A stretch of 41,189 nt of DNA from an uncultured Gammaproteobacteria bacterium (GTDB taxonomy: Bacteria > Patescibacteriota > Patescibacteriia > UBA1558 > GWA2-36-10). How positions within the stretch are numbered: the first letter of the stretch is position 1; each line of letters starts with the position of its first letter. Below the pieces are notes generated by a model. The model searched no databases. It saw nothing but the letters and a program-made list of their open reading frames with translations, and had not been told where the DNA came from. A program made the position numbers and the translations under genes. Below are positions 28,866-38,249 of the stretch, one piece after another. The DNA lies in contig CAYMZA010000003.1 in the NCBI GenBank assembly GCA_964394835.1, positions 1 through 41,189 on the forward strand, written 5' to 3'.

Positions 28866-30410
28866 TTAACAATCAGCTCCTGTACAACAACGATTACCAC
28901 TACAAGCATCAGTGGTATTACAGTCACAAGAACCACCTGAATCTTCACACTCACAAGGATACCAACAATTCTGCATTAAATCTGTAATGTCTGAATTCAT
29001 TGTAGGTATATACGAAGACAATGGCTCAAACTCATCATGAAGAATTCTAACTGTATCACCTGCATCTACATCCACCCAATAATTACCCGTATAGCCATCT
29101 AACCAAACATTAATAGTTTTAATACTACTACATGATAAATTTTTACTAAAAGTAGCAGATATTGGGTCAATTAAAGATAAACCAACACCAGAATCCATAT
29201 TTGTCATATATGGGGGTTCTAAATCAATAATATCATTAATTTGAAAATTCCAAGTATACTCTGGATCAAGTTGATTTCCAGACATATCTGATATAGCAGT
29301 AGTAACAGTTCCATATAACCCATCTATTTCATTAGGCGGAAGACAATATACAGTGCCGCCACAAGAATTTTCACCACAAGCATCATTAGTCATGAACTCA
29401 ACTGTTCTATATTGATTAGAAATCATATACGCACCAACTATTGTAGCTCCAGACTCTTGTATAGTAATATTGGTAAAATCAGGCACTGTTCCATCATACT
29501 CACCCACAGCAAACATAGGATTAACTGCTTCAGAAAAATTAATTTGGACTATACTATTACGAGCATAAGAGCTTCCATCATCAGGAGGGAAAACAGAATC
29601 AACTGTTGGAGGAATTAAATCCAATGTATTATTAACCGTAAAATACCAATCGTAAAATCCAGATAAAGGAAATGCGCTATCTCCTGCATCTGTTCTCCAA
29701 CCATCTAAAATCATATGATATCTAATATCTCCTGTGCCATCTCCTAAATAATCACCTGGTCCAGTACCATCACCATATGGATTTATTTCAAAAACTTGCT
29801 GACTAGCATCATAACTAATCGGTAAATCAGTGTCATCTAAACAATCAACAGTACTCTCACCTTCACATAAACTAATATTTAAACTAGATACATCCATAGG
29901 AACCTTAAATGTAAGATAAATGTTAGTGTTACGAGGTATTTCAGTTGCATTACGAGCAGGGTAATGACTCTCTAGCACACCAACCCCTAAACCTATACCG
30001 CCATGATACCCTCCACCAGATCCTCCTCCATCACCAAAAAATGCTTCATAACCCTTTTTCAAAATGAAACGAGAAATAATATATGCTGATAATATTATAG
30101 CTAAGCCAATAACTGCATTGGTTATAAGCATTTTAGCTTTTTTAACCTGTTCTTCATTACCCTTAGAAGTCATCCAAAGAAAACCACCGTAAAGTATAAT
30201 ACTCGTAGCTATAATACCTAATAATCCTAAAAATATATTAATAATATTAGAAATAATCTCAGGTAAACTTTTAGTACTAAGAGCAAGCCCTGATTCGCCT
30301 AAATTATTAGTTCCATAAATATCAGGTTGAGCTAAAACAGAATTTGGCAAGAAAAAAATAACTGCTAAAAATACAATAAATATTACAGTTATCTTCTTAT
30401 TATTAAGCAT
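28866..30410 (-). CDS. TrbC/VirB2-like pilin fused to Big_5-like Ig domains with a Cys-rich tail
   Basis: Same pilin motif; HYPARNATEIPRNT and PPTVDSVFP..NSIVQINFSEAV. Confidence 0.82.
   Translation of the reverse strand: MLNNKKITVIFIVFLAVIFFLPNSVLAQPDIYGTNNLGESGLALSTKSLPEIISNIINIFLGLLGIIATSIILYGGFLWMTSKGNEEQVKKAKMLITNAVIGLAIILSAYIISRFILKKGYEAFFGDGGGSGGGYHGGIGLGVGVLESHYPARNATEIPRNTNIYLTFKVPMDVSSLNISLCEGESTVDCLDDTDLPISYDASQQVFEINPYGDGTGPGDYLGDGTGDIRYHMILDGWRTDAGDSAFPLSGFYDWYFTVNNTLDLIPPTVDSVFPPDDGSSYARNSIVQINFSEAVNPMFAVGEYDGTVPDFTNITIQESGATIVGAYMISNQYRTVEFMTNDACGENSCGGTVYCLPPNEIDGLYGTVTTAISDMSGNQLDPEYTWNFQINDIIDLEPPYMTNMDSGVGLSLIDPISATFSKNLSCSSIKTINVWLDGYTGNYWVDVDAGDTVRILHDEFEPLSSYIPTMNSDITDLMQNCWYPCECEDSGGSCDCNTTDACSGNRCCTGADC
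30067..30246 (-). repeat. Pilin-coding direct repeat, copy in the 514-aa gene
   Basis: Offset by 1566 bp from the copy at 28501-28680. Confidence 0.9.
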
Positions 30411-30431
30411 GGGATTTTATTAATTATTTAA

Positions 30432-30863
30432 TTATAGCTTTTCTTTTACTAATTTTTGTACTATTTTACCATCAGCCTGACCTTTTGTTTTAGCCATAAC
30501 TTGTTTCATAACTAAACCAAAATTACTTTCTCCAGAAGCTATTATTTCATCCACAATCTTACTAATATTTTCTTCAGACATCATAGCTGGTAAATATTCT
30601 TCCAATATCTTTAACTCTACCTCTTCTTTTTCAACTAAATCTTGTCTATCACCTTGTTTAAAGGAGGTTATAGAATCTTGTCTTTTTTTAACTTCTTTAC
30701 GTATTATATTAATAATCTCTTCATCATCTAAAGAATCTTTTTTTAATTCAATACTTTTATTCTGTAGACTACTTTTAAGCATTCTTAAAGTACCAGTTTT
30801 TACTGTATCTTTAGCTTTTAAAGCTATATTTAAGTTATTTTCTATATCCTTTTGTAAAGACAT
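30432..30863 (-). CDS. yqeY: GatB/YqeY domain protein
   Basis: LRMLKS, KEVKKRQDS, YLPAMMSEE, GLVMK and GQADGK; follows rpsU. Confidence 0.92.
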   Translation of the reverse strand: MSLQKDIENNLNIALKAKDTVKTGTLRMLKSSLQNKSIELKKDSLDDEEIINIIRKEVKKRQDSITSFKQGDRQDLVEKEEVELKILEEYLPAMMSEENISKIVDEIIASGESNFGLVMKQVMAKTKGQADGKIVQKLVKEKL

Positions 30864-30881
30864 TATATAATTATTAATAGA

Positions 30882-30909
30882 TTGTTTATCATATTACTAT
30901 GATAAACAA
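30882..30909 (-). other. Perfect 12-bp hairpin between rpsU and yqeY
   Basis: TTGTTTATCATA-GTAA-TATGATAAACAA with a GNRA loop on the minus strand and no 3' U-tract. Confidence 0.55.
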
Positions 30910-30919
30910 AAACTAATAA

Positions 30920-31165
30920 CTATCTTCTTTTCTTGTTTTTAAAGGCATATTCATCTAATTTACCAATCTTTTTAAGATAATCCATTTTAGAAGTGATTTC
31001 TTTACGACGTAAAGCTGTATCTTTCATATCTTTTTTAGTTTTTGGCTTATTAAAAAATCTGATCTTTCTAGCTTGTAATATCTTACCACTTTGAATAGTT
31101 TTCTTAGTAAATCTTCTTAGCATTGCTTCAAAAGACTCATTACCCTTTCTTTTAACTTCTAACAA
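30920..31165 (-). CDS. rpsU: 30S ribosomal protein bS21 (TTG start, extended C-terminus)
   Basis: EVKRKGNESFEAMLRRFTKK..RFFNKP; synteny with yqeY. Confidence 0.88.
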   Translation of the reverse strand: MLEVKRKGNESFEAMLRRFTKKTIQSGKILQARKIRFFNKPKTKKDMKDTALRRKEITSKMDYLKKIGKLDEYAFKNKKRR

Positions 31166-31170
31166 ATTTC

Positions 31171-31177
31171 CACCTCC
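31171..31177 (-). promoter_or_regulatory. Strong Shine-Dalgarno of rpsU
   Basis: GGAGGTG 5 nt upstream of the TTG start. Confidence 0.8.
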
Positions 31178-31235
31178 GTTTCTTTATTAATTACACTATT
31201 ATAATGACAGATTTCTAAACAAAAGTCAATAAATA

Positions 31236-32543
31236 TCATTTCTTAAGTTTAATACTCTTAACTTTAACTTTATCTAATCTTTTTCTTAACTCTTTTTTAA
31301 TCTTTTTATAGTCTACAATCTCCTGTACTCCACTTTCCATATCTCTAAGAAGAACAGTATTATCTGATATTTCTTTTTGACCCATAATCAATGTATATCT
31401 AGCATTTTTCTTATTAGCCATATCTAATTGATCTTTTAATCCTTTCTTAGACATATTTTCAGTAACAAGAAAATCATTGTCTTTTAATTCTTCAAAAAGT
31501 TGCAAAGCTTTTTTTCTAGCTTCAATACCTAATTGAGCAACATATGCATCAAAATATTTAGTTTTATCTATATCTATTTTACTTTTCTGCATTTTCATTA
31601 ATACCCTTTCTATACCTATAGCAAAACCAACAGCGGGAGTTTCTCTACCACCTAATAGTTTAGATAATTCATCATAACGACCACCACCACCCAAAGCTAA
31701 TAACTTACCCTTATCTCCCTTAGCTATTATTTCCCAAGCTGTTTTAGTATAGTAGTCTAAACCTCTAACAATATTTTGATTTAAAGTATAGTCTATCTTT
31801 AACTCATCTAAATATTCTAACACTAACATAAAGTGATCTTTACAATCATCACAAAGATGATCTACCATTTTAGGAGCATTCTCAGCTAAGCCACTACACT
31901 TCTTATTCTTACAATCTAATAACCTCATAGTATTATTAATAAACCTTTTCTTACAATCAACACATAAATCTTTTTTATAATCCTGATAATATGATTTTAA
32001 TGCTTTTAAATAATGAGGACGACACTCACTATCACCAACACTATTTATTTGAATATCTACTTCTACTCCGCATTCTTTAAGAATATTAGAGGACATAGCA
32101 ATTAACTGAGCGTCTATAATGGGGTCATTAGAACCTATAGACTCAAAACCAAATTGCCAAAACTGCCTATACCTACCTGCCTGAGGCTTATCATGACGAA
32201 ACTGAGGCCCTATATAGTATAGTTTAACAGGTTGAGGAAGATTTAACATACCATGTTCAATATAGCTACGCATAACACCTGCTGTACCTTCAGGACGTAA
32301 AGATAACTTATCACCACCTTGACTAGTAAAAGAATACATTTCTTTACTAACTATATCTGTTTCTTCACCTACTGTTCTTTTAAAAAGAGGTGTAAATTCA
32401 ACTATTGGTGTATCTATCCGATTATACCCATGACAATGGGCATACTTTTTAACTTTTGATTTCACAAAATCAAAATATACTTGCTCATCAGGAAGAATAT
32501 CTTTCATTCCTTTAACTAATTGGATCTTACTTTTTTTAGCCAT
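31236..32543 (-). CDS. hisS: Histidine--tRNA ligase
   Basis: LRPEGTA, PQAGRYRQFWQ, RGLDYY and GGGRYD. Confidence 0.98.
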   Translation of the reverse strand: MAKKSKIQLVKGMKDILPDEQVYFDFVKSKVKKYAHCHGYNRIDTPIVEFTPLFKRTVGEETDIVSKEMYSFTSQGGDKLSLRPEGTAGVMRSYIEHGMLNLPQPVKLYYIGPQFRHDKPQAGRYRQFWQFGFESIGSNDPIIDAQLIAMSSNILKECGVEVDIQINSVGDSECRPHYLKALKSYYQDYKKDLCVDCKKRFINNTMRLLDCKNKKCSGLAENAPKMVDHLCDDCKDHFMLVLEYLDELKIDYTLNQNIVRGLDYYTKTAWEIIAKGDKGKLLALGGGGRYDELSKLLGGRETPAVGFAIGIERVLMKMQKSKIDIDKTKYFDAYVAQLGIEARKKALQLFEELKDNDFLVTENMSKKGLKDQLDMANKKNARYTLIMGQKEISDNTVLLRDMESGVQEIVDYKKIKKELRKRLDKVKVKSIKLKK

Positions 32544-32553
32544 ATGTTTATTA

Positions 32554-33183
32554 TTAATATATATACTCTGGTAAATTAAATGTATTAACCCTATTTAAAG
32601 GCCATCCTCTAACCCATACCTTTCCTATGAAATAGCTATTGTTTATAGGTCCAAGAACTCTAGAATCATGACTGTTTGTCCTATTATCACCTAGAACAAA
32701 ATATTCTTCTTCACTTAAAGTAATTGGAGAATAACTTATAGTAGAAAGATTATCAATATATGTTTCTTTTAATTCTTTATCATTAATATATACAACACCT
32801 TGTTTGATCTCTATATCTTCACCCGGTAATCCTATTATCCTTTTTATGAAAAAGACTTTAGTATTCTTAGGATTTTTAAAGATTATAACCTCACCTCTTT
32901 GTGGTTCATTAAATCTATATGATATTTCATCAATTACTAAATATTCCTTATCATAGAAGTTTGGTTCCATAGAAGCACCTTCTACATAAAAAGGTTGAAC
33001 TAAGAATAACCTTATCGGCATTATAATAGCTAAAGAGATAATAACCACTTTAATAACTTCAAAAAGAAATAGACCAACTTTCTTGTACCAAGCCATAATT
33101 GGTCCTTCATCATCTTCAGAAAAATGACTTAAATCAAGATCTTCAATATTATTATCCATCTCTTCTTTTTTATCTTCTTTCAT
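32554..33183 (-). CDS. lepB: Signal peptidase I
   Basis: GASMEPN, IKRIIGLPGE and GDNRTNSHDSR. Start moved from 33282 to the ATG at 33183 because the longer extension overlaps the divergent promoter. Confidence 0.93.
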   Translation of the reverse strand: MKEDKKEEMDNNIEDLDLSHFSEDDEGPIMAWYKKVGLFLFEVIKVVIISLAIIMPIRLFLVQPFYVEGASMEPNFYDKEYLVIDEISYRFNEPQRGEVIIFKNPKNTKVFFIKRIIGLPGEDIEIKQGVVYINDKELKETYIDNLSTISYSPITLSEEEYFVLGDNRTNSHDSRVLGPINNSYFIGKVWVRGWPLNRVNTFNLPEYIY

Positions 33184-33249
33184 ATTTTTTTTAATTCTAA
33201 TACTCAATATTATACATAAACATTGAATTAAAATCAAATGAATTAAACA

Positions 33250-33278
33250 TTGACTTTTGCTTTTTTTCTTAGTATAAT
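33250..33278 (+). promoter_or_regulatory. Promoter for LCP-der-pth
   Basis: TTGACT-N17-TATAAT. Confidence 0.75.
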
Positions 33279-33313
33279 ACATCTACATTAATGGTAAAAA
33301 CTGCATTAATTAA

Positions 33314-34879
33314 ATGGCTGGAGATTTTAAAAAAAGAAAATTAAATCTTTTAGATAATCTAGAGGAAGAAGAAGTTCAAGTAAGACCAAAAACACATAAA
33401 TCCTCTGGAACTAATATAAAAAGGAAAATAAAGAAACTATCCCATAAAAAACCAAAGGGAAGTAGAAAAAAGTTTTCCTGTTTTTTTATAACCCTAATAA
33501 TAATATTTACATTTGGAAGTGCCATACTATCTTCTGGCAATAATAGTATTCTTGGCGGTGTAAAAAATAGCTATTTCATTAGACAAATAACTAATATTGT
33601 ATCACCTAGTAATAAATATTTAAAGGGTGAAAAAGACGATAGAATTAATTTTATTATCTTAGGAATGGGTGGTCCAGGACATAATGGACCATATCTTAGT
33701 GATACAATAATAGTAGCTAGTTTTAAACCCTCTACTAAATCAGCAAGCATTTTTTCTTTACCAAGAGATATGATTGTTCCTCTTCATAAAAATGATTACA
33801 GAAAAATAAACTCAATTTATGCTATTGGACAAGCTGATAATTACACTGGAGGAGAATTAACAAAAGAAGTATTAAGCAATACCCTAGATATAGATATACA
33901 TTACTTTGCTGCTGTTGATTTTAATGGTTTCACAGAAATAGTTGATGCTATAGGAGGTATAGAAGTAGAAGTAGATAGAAGTTTTACTGACACTCAATTC
34001 CCTACTGCAGACTACAAATATCAAGAAATATCATTTGAAGTAGGAGAACAAGAAATGGACGGTTTAACAGCATTAAGATTTGCTCGTTCTAGACATGGTA
34101 ATAATGGAGAAGGTTCTGATTTTGCTAGAAGTAAAAGACAACAGAAAATAATTATGAGTATAAAAGATAAAGTAACATCTTTTAATACTTTAATTAATCC
34201 TAAAAAAATAACTGATCTTTTCTCTTTATTCAATAAATATACAACTACAGACTTAGAACCATGGGAAGCGGTTAAATTAGTTCACATGTCTAAGGGTATT
34301 GATACTCAAAATATGGTTCATCAATCAATAGATGACAGACCTGGAGGATATTTAAAGGCTGGTTTTTCAGAATATGGTGCATATATACTACAACCAATTA
34401 CTGGGAGCTTTGAACAAATACAATTATTAGTAAAAAATATCTTTCAATTAGAAGAATTGAGTGAAGAAAATGCTAAAATAATAATTCAAAATGGTACTGA
34501 TATTCCAGGCATGGCATTAAAAGCAGTTAACCATTTGAATCAAATAGGGTATAATGTATTAAGGTATGGTAATGCTCCAGAACAAGATAAATTAACTACC
34601 GTTATATATAATTATACAGATAATAAGTCAAAAACAGAAAAATCTTTAGAATCTATTTTTCAAAGTAAAAGTAAAACCAAAATACCATTAGAATATTCTA
34701 ATGAAATAATTACTCAAAAATGGGATATAAGAGATAAAAATAATGAATTAGAACAACTAGATTTTCTTGTAGTTATAGGATTAGATCAAAAGATAGAAGA
34801 GGGTGTTGAAATCATTAAAACTATAGATCCATCATTATTAAGTACTTCTACACCTACATCAACAGAAATTAAACTATAA
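33314..34879 (+). CDS. LytR-CpsA-Psr (LCP) family protein with LytR_C domain
   Basis: SDTII, SLPRD, VDAIGGI, ARSRH, SDFARSKRQQ and IQNGTDIPGMA. Confidence 0.93.
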   Translation: MAGDFKKRKLNLLDNLEEEEVQVRPKTHKSSGTNIKRKIKKLSHKKPKGSRKKFSCFFITLIIIFTFGSAILSSGNNSILGGVKNSYFIRQITNIVSPSNKYLKGEKDDRINFIILGMGGPGHNGPYLSDTIIVASFKPSTKSASIFSLPRDMIVPLHKNDYRKINSIYAIGQADNYTGGELTKEVLSNTLDIDIHYFAAVDFNGFTEIVDAIGGIEVEVDRSFTDTQFPTADYKYQEISFEVGEQEMDGLTALRFARSRHGNNGEGSDFARSKRQQKIIMSIKDKVTSFNTLINPKKITDLFSLFNKYTTTDLEPWEAVKLVHMSKGIDTQNMVHQSIDDRPGGYLKAGFSEYGAYILQPITGSFEQIQLLVKNIFQLEELSEENAKIIIQNGTDIPGMALKAVNHLNQIGYNVLRYGNAPEQDKLTTVIYNYTDNKSKTEKSLESIFQSKSKTKIPLEYSNEIITQKWDIRDKNNELEQLDFLVVIGLDQKIEEGVEIIKTIDPSLLSTSTPTSTEIKL

Positions 34880-34881
34880 AT

Positions 34882-36237
34882 ATGCCTAAACTATACAAAG
34901 TAGCAATCATAGGGAGAGTTAATGTTGGTAAATCAACATTGTTTAATAGGCTAATAGAAAATAAAAAAGCTATCACATCTACAGTAGCGGGAACAACTAG
35001 AGATAGGAATTATGCTACTTGTTCTTGGAGAAATCTTGATTTTCAATTAATAGACACCGGAGGACTAGAAGGGAAAGAAAAGGGAATGGACAAGGAAATA
35101 AAGAAGCAAGCTTTACTAGCGATAGAAGAAGCTGATTTAATATTGCTTGTTGTAGACACAAAATCAGGAATAATGCCTTTTGATAATGAATTAGCATTAA
35201 TGATTAAAGAAAGTAAAAAACCAAGTTTAGTAGTAGCTAATAAAACAGATAATAATATAATAAGACAAACAGTAGAAGAATTCTATAAACTAGGATTAGA
35301 CAAACCATGGCCTATTTCAGCTACAACTGGCATAGGTACAGGAGATATGCTTGATGAAATAGTAGATAAACTTTTAAAAACAAAAAAAGTAAGAAGAAGG
35401 CATATAGCTATATCAAAAGAAAAAATTATTAAAGTAGCTATAGTAGGAAGACCTAATGTTGGTAAATCTTCTTTGATTAATGCTTTTCTAGGAGAAAAAA
35501 GATTAATAGTTTCTTCAAGGGCCCACACCACTAGAGACTCACAAGATATTGAGCTAACTTTTGAAAAACAAAAATTAGTACTAGTAGATACAGCGGGAAT
35601 GAGAAGACAAAGTAAAAAAGCAATAGATTCTTTTGAAAAACAATCTGTAATGCAAAGTTTAAAAAATATTCAAAAAGCAGACATAGTAGTATTAGTAACA
35701 GATTCTTCTAAAAAACTCACGTGGCAAGATAAACATATCTTAGATAAAACAATGGAAACAGGAGCTGGGATAATGATTCTAGCAAATAAATGGGATTTAA
35801 TTGAAGACAAAACAACAGATACTGTTCAAGAGTTTACTGAATACTATAAAAAGTTCTTTCCTTTTATCTCATGGGCACCTTTAATATTCTGTTCTGCAAA
35901 AGATAAAACAAGATTAAAAAAGATATTAAGTACTATAACTCAAATATATTCTGAGAAATCAAAAAAAATTACAGAAAATGCTTTAGATAAACTATTAAAG
36001 AAAACGGTTAAAAAACATAAGCCATCAAGAGGCAAGGGAACTAAACATCCTTACATATATAGTTTAAAACAACTCAAAACAGATCCTCAAGTTTTTGCTA
36101 TAAAAGTAAACTTTAAAGCAGACTTACATGATTCTTATTTAAGATTTATAGAAAATAATTTAAGATATAAATTTGGTTTTGAAGGTGTGCCAATAAAAAT
36201 ATTAGTACATAAAAGTCAAAACTTTAAAGATAAATAA
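34882..36237 (+). CDS. der: Ribosome biogenesis GTPase Der (EngA)
   Basis: Two GTPase domains (GRxNVGKS, TTRD, DTxG, NKxD) and C-terminal FGFEGVPI. Confidence 0.97.
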   Translation: MPKLYKVAIIGRVNVGKSTLFNRLIENKKAITSTVAGTTRDRNYATCSWRNLDFQLIDTGGLEGKEKGMDKEIKKQALLAIEEADLILLVVDTKSGIMPFDNELALMIKESKKPSLVVANKTDNNIIRQTVEEFYKLGLDKPWPISATTGIGTGDMLDEIVDKLLKTKKVRRRHIAISKEKIIKVAIVGRPNVGKSSLINAFLGEKRLIVSSRAHTTRDSQDIELTFEKQKLVLVDTAGMRRQSKKAIDSFEKQSVMQSLKNIQKADIVVLVTDSSKKLTWQDKHILDKTMETGAGIMILANKWDLIEDKTTDTVQEFTEYYKKFFPFISWAPLIFCSAKDKTRLKKILSTITQIYSEKSKKITENALDKLLKKTVKKHKPSRGKGTKHPYIYSLKQLKTDPQVFAIKVNFKADLHDSYLRFIENNLRYKFGFEGVPIKILVHKSQNFKDK

Positions 36238-36238
36238 T

Positions 36239-36793
36239 ATGAAATTAATAATTGGTTTAGGTAATCCAGATAAAGAATATGAAAATACTAGACATAATTT
36301 TGGTCAATTAATATTAAATTCTTTATTAAAAAAGAAAAACTTAAACTGGAAAAAATTAAAAAATACAAATAGTTTAATAGCTGAATTTAAGAATGGTAGA
36401 GAAAAAATTATTCTAGCAAAACCATTAATGTATATGAATGAATCTGGAATAGCTGTTAAAAAATTAAAAAAATATTACAAGTTACCAAATAATAAGATTA
36501 TTATTATTTATGATGATATAGATCTTCCTTTTGATAAAATACGATTATCTAAAAATCGTTCTTCTGGTGGTCATAGAGGTATAGAATCTATTATTCAAGA
36601 ATTAAAAACTAAAGACTTTAAAAGAATTAGATTAGGCATAGGTCCTCAAAAAGGTAAATCAGAACAATTTGTTTTAAAGATATTTAGCAAAGAAGAAAAA
36701 CAATTACTTCCTGAAATAATTGATAGTGTTCATTTAATTATAGAAAGTATACTAGAAAAAAACTTTGATAAAGCTGTTAATAAATATAATTAA
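36239..36793 (+). CDS. pth: Peptidyl-tRNA hydrolase
   Basis: IIGLGNP, TRHN, YMNESG and GGHRG. Confidence 0.96.
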   Translation: MKLIIGLGNPDKEYENTRHNFGQLILNSLLKKKNLNWKKLKNTNSLIAEFKNGREKIILAKPLMYMNESGIAVKKLKKYYKLPNNKIIIIYDDIDLPFDKIRLSKNRSSGGHRGIESIIQELKTKDFKRIRLGIGPQKGKSEQFVLKIFSKEEKQLLPEIIDSVHLIIESILEKNFDKAVNKYN

Positions 36794-38244
36794 TAACTAA
36801 TCAACCATTCTAATAATGTTCGTACACCAAAACCTACTCCACCAATAGGAGTGTAACTATTTAAAGGTTTTTCAGCATAAGCAGGAGCAGCTATATCTAA
36901 ATGAGCCCAATTTACATTTTCTTCAATAAAGAATTGTAAGAATAGTGCAGCTGTAATAGACCCACCATATCTAGTACTAGCTATATTCTTAATATCAGCA
37001 ATATTACTTTTATTTAACTCTATATACTCTTCTGGTAAAGGCATAGGCCATATCTTTTCTCCTGAAACGTCTACAGCTTTTAATATCTCTGTATTTAACT
37101 TTTTACTATTTGAGTATAAAGCAGCATAATGTGTTCCTAAGGCAATCATCTCTGCTCCAGTTAAAGTAGCTAAATCAATTATAGTATTAATACCTTGTTT
37201 TTGAGTATATGCTAAAGAATCAGCTAATGTAACTCTACCCTCAGCATCTGTATTACCTATTTCAATACTTTTACCTTGCATATTATTAATTACATCACCT
37301 GGCTTTAAAGCTTTTCCTGAAGGCATATTTTCACATGCAGCTATAATACCATGTACTTCTACCTTAGGTTGCACTTTACCTAATACTGAAAATAGTCCAA
37401 TAACTGTAGCAGCTCCTCCCATATCTATTTTCATATCAGACATAGAATCACCTATTTTAATATTTAAACCACCACTATCAAAAGTAATACCCTTACCTAC
37501 TACACCAACCTTATCTTTAGCCTTGCCTTTTGGTTTATATATTAAGTGTATAAACTTAGGAGGTTGATCTGATCCTTGATCTACTCCCAAGAAAGCATTC
37601 ATACCTAATTTCTTTATCTCAGCTTTTTCTAATATCTTTACAGAAATATTACTATTTTCCTTAGCAATTAGTTCAGCTTCTTTAGATAAAAGACTAGGTG
37701 TCATTACACTACCTGGTTCATTAACTAAATCTCTAGCTTTAATTGTACCTTCAGATAATAATATACCTTGATTAAATCCATTCTTAAACTGTGCTTTCTT
37801 TTTACTATCTAGTTCAATAATTAAAGTTTTAATATCAACTTTAATGTTATCTTCATCTTTCTTCTTGTACTTATCAAAGGTATAGTTAGCTAAAGTTAAT
37901 CCTTGAGCTAAAGCATTACCTAAATCTTTTATATCATTACCCTTTAACCATTGACTAGCTATTAAAGTAATATTGTCTACTTTATTCTTTTTCAAATAAT
38001 TAATAATATTACCAGCTAGTTGTCTATAGTCTTCTGTGCTTAACTTTTTTTCTTGCCCAGAACCTAAGACTAAAAGATTATCTTTACTAAGTAATTGATT
38101 CTTTTTACCAGTAAAATTCTTTTTCTTAGCTAAATTAACTAAATCTAAATCTTTTAACACCTTATCTAAATTACTAGATAGAACTGGTGTTATTAATAAA
38201 TCAACATCTTCTTGATTTATTTTTTTTACAATTTTTAATTCCAT
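36790..38244 (-). CDS. pepA: Leucyl aminopeptidase (M17)
   Basis: VGKGITFDSGG, MKIDMGGAA, NTDAEGR, ATLTG and WAHLDIA. Confidence 0.96.
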   Translation of the reverse strand: MELKIVKKINQEDVDLLITPVLSSNLDKVLKDLDLVNLAKKKNFTGKKNQLLSKDNLLVLGSGQEKKLSTEDYRQLAGNIINYLKKNKVDNITLIASQWLKGNDIKDLGNALAQGLTLANYTFDKYKKKDEDNIKVDIKTLIIELDSKKKAQFKNGFNQGILLSEGTIKARDLVNEPGSVMTPSLLSKEAELIAKENSNISVKILEKAEIKKLGMNAFLGVDQGSDQPPKFIHLIYKPKGKAKDKVGVVGKGITFDSGGLNIKIGDSMSDMKIDMGGAATVIGLFSVLGKVQPKVEVHGIIAACENMPSGKALKPGDVINNMQGKSIEIGNTDAEGRVTLADSLAYTQKQGINTIIDLATLTGAEMIALGTHYAALYSNSKKLNTEILKAVDVSGEKIWPMPLPEEYIELNKSNIADIKNIASTRYGGSITAALFLQFFIEENVNWAHLDIAAPAYAEKPLNSYTPIGGVGFGVRTLLEWLISY

Positions 38245-38249
38245 ATTTT

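Noticed and set aside
28501-30246. Diversity-generating retroelement TR/VR pair
   Set aside because: No reverse transcriptase, both copies are N-terminal coding sequence, and the mismatches are not confined to adenines.
31198-31229. Consensus promoter for rpsU
   Set aside because: TTGACT and TATAAT are 20 nt apart and the N17 hexamer is CATTAT. A promoter is plausible but could not be placed confidently.
33184-33282. N-terminal extension of lepB in the ORF track
   Set aside because: It overlaps a near-consensus divergent promoter and reads as translated AT-rich intergenic DNA; the ATG at 33183 is preferred.
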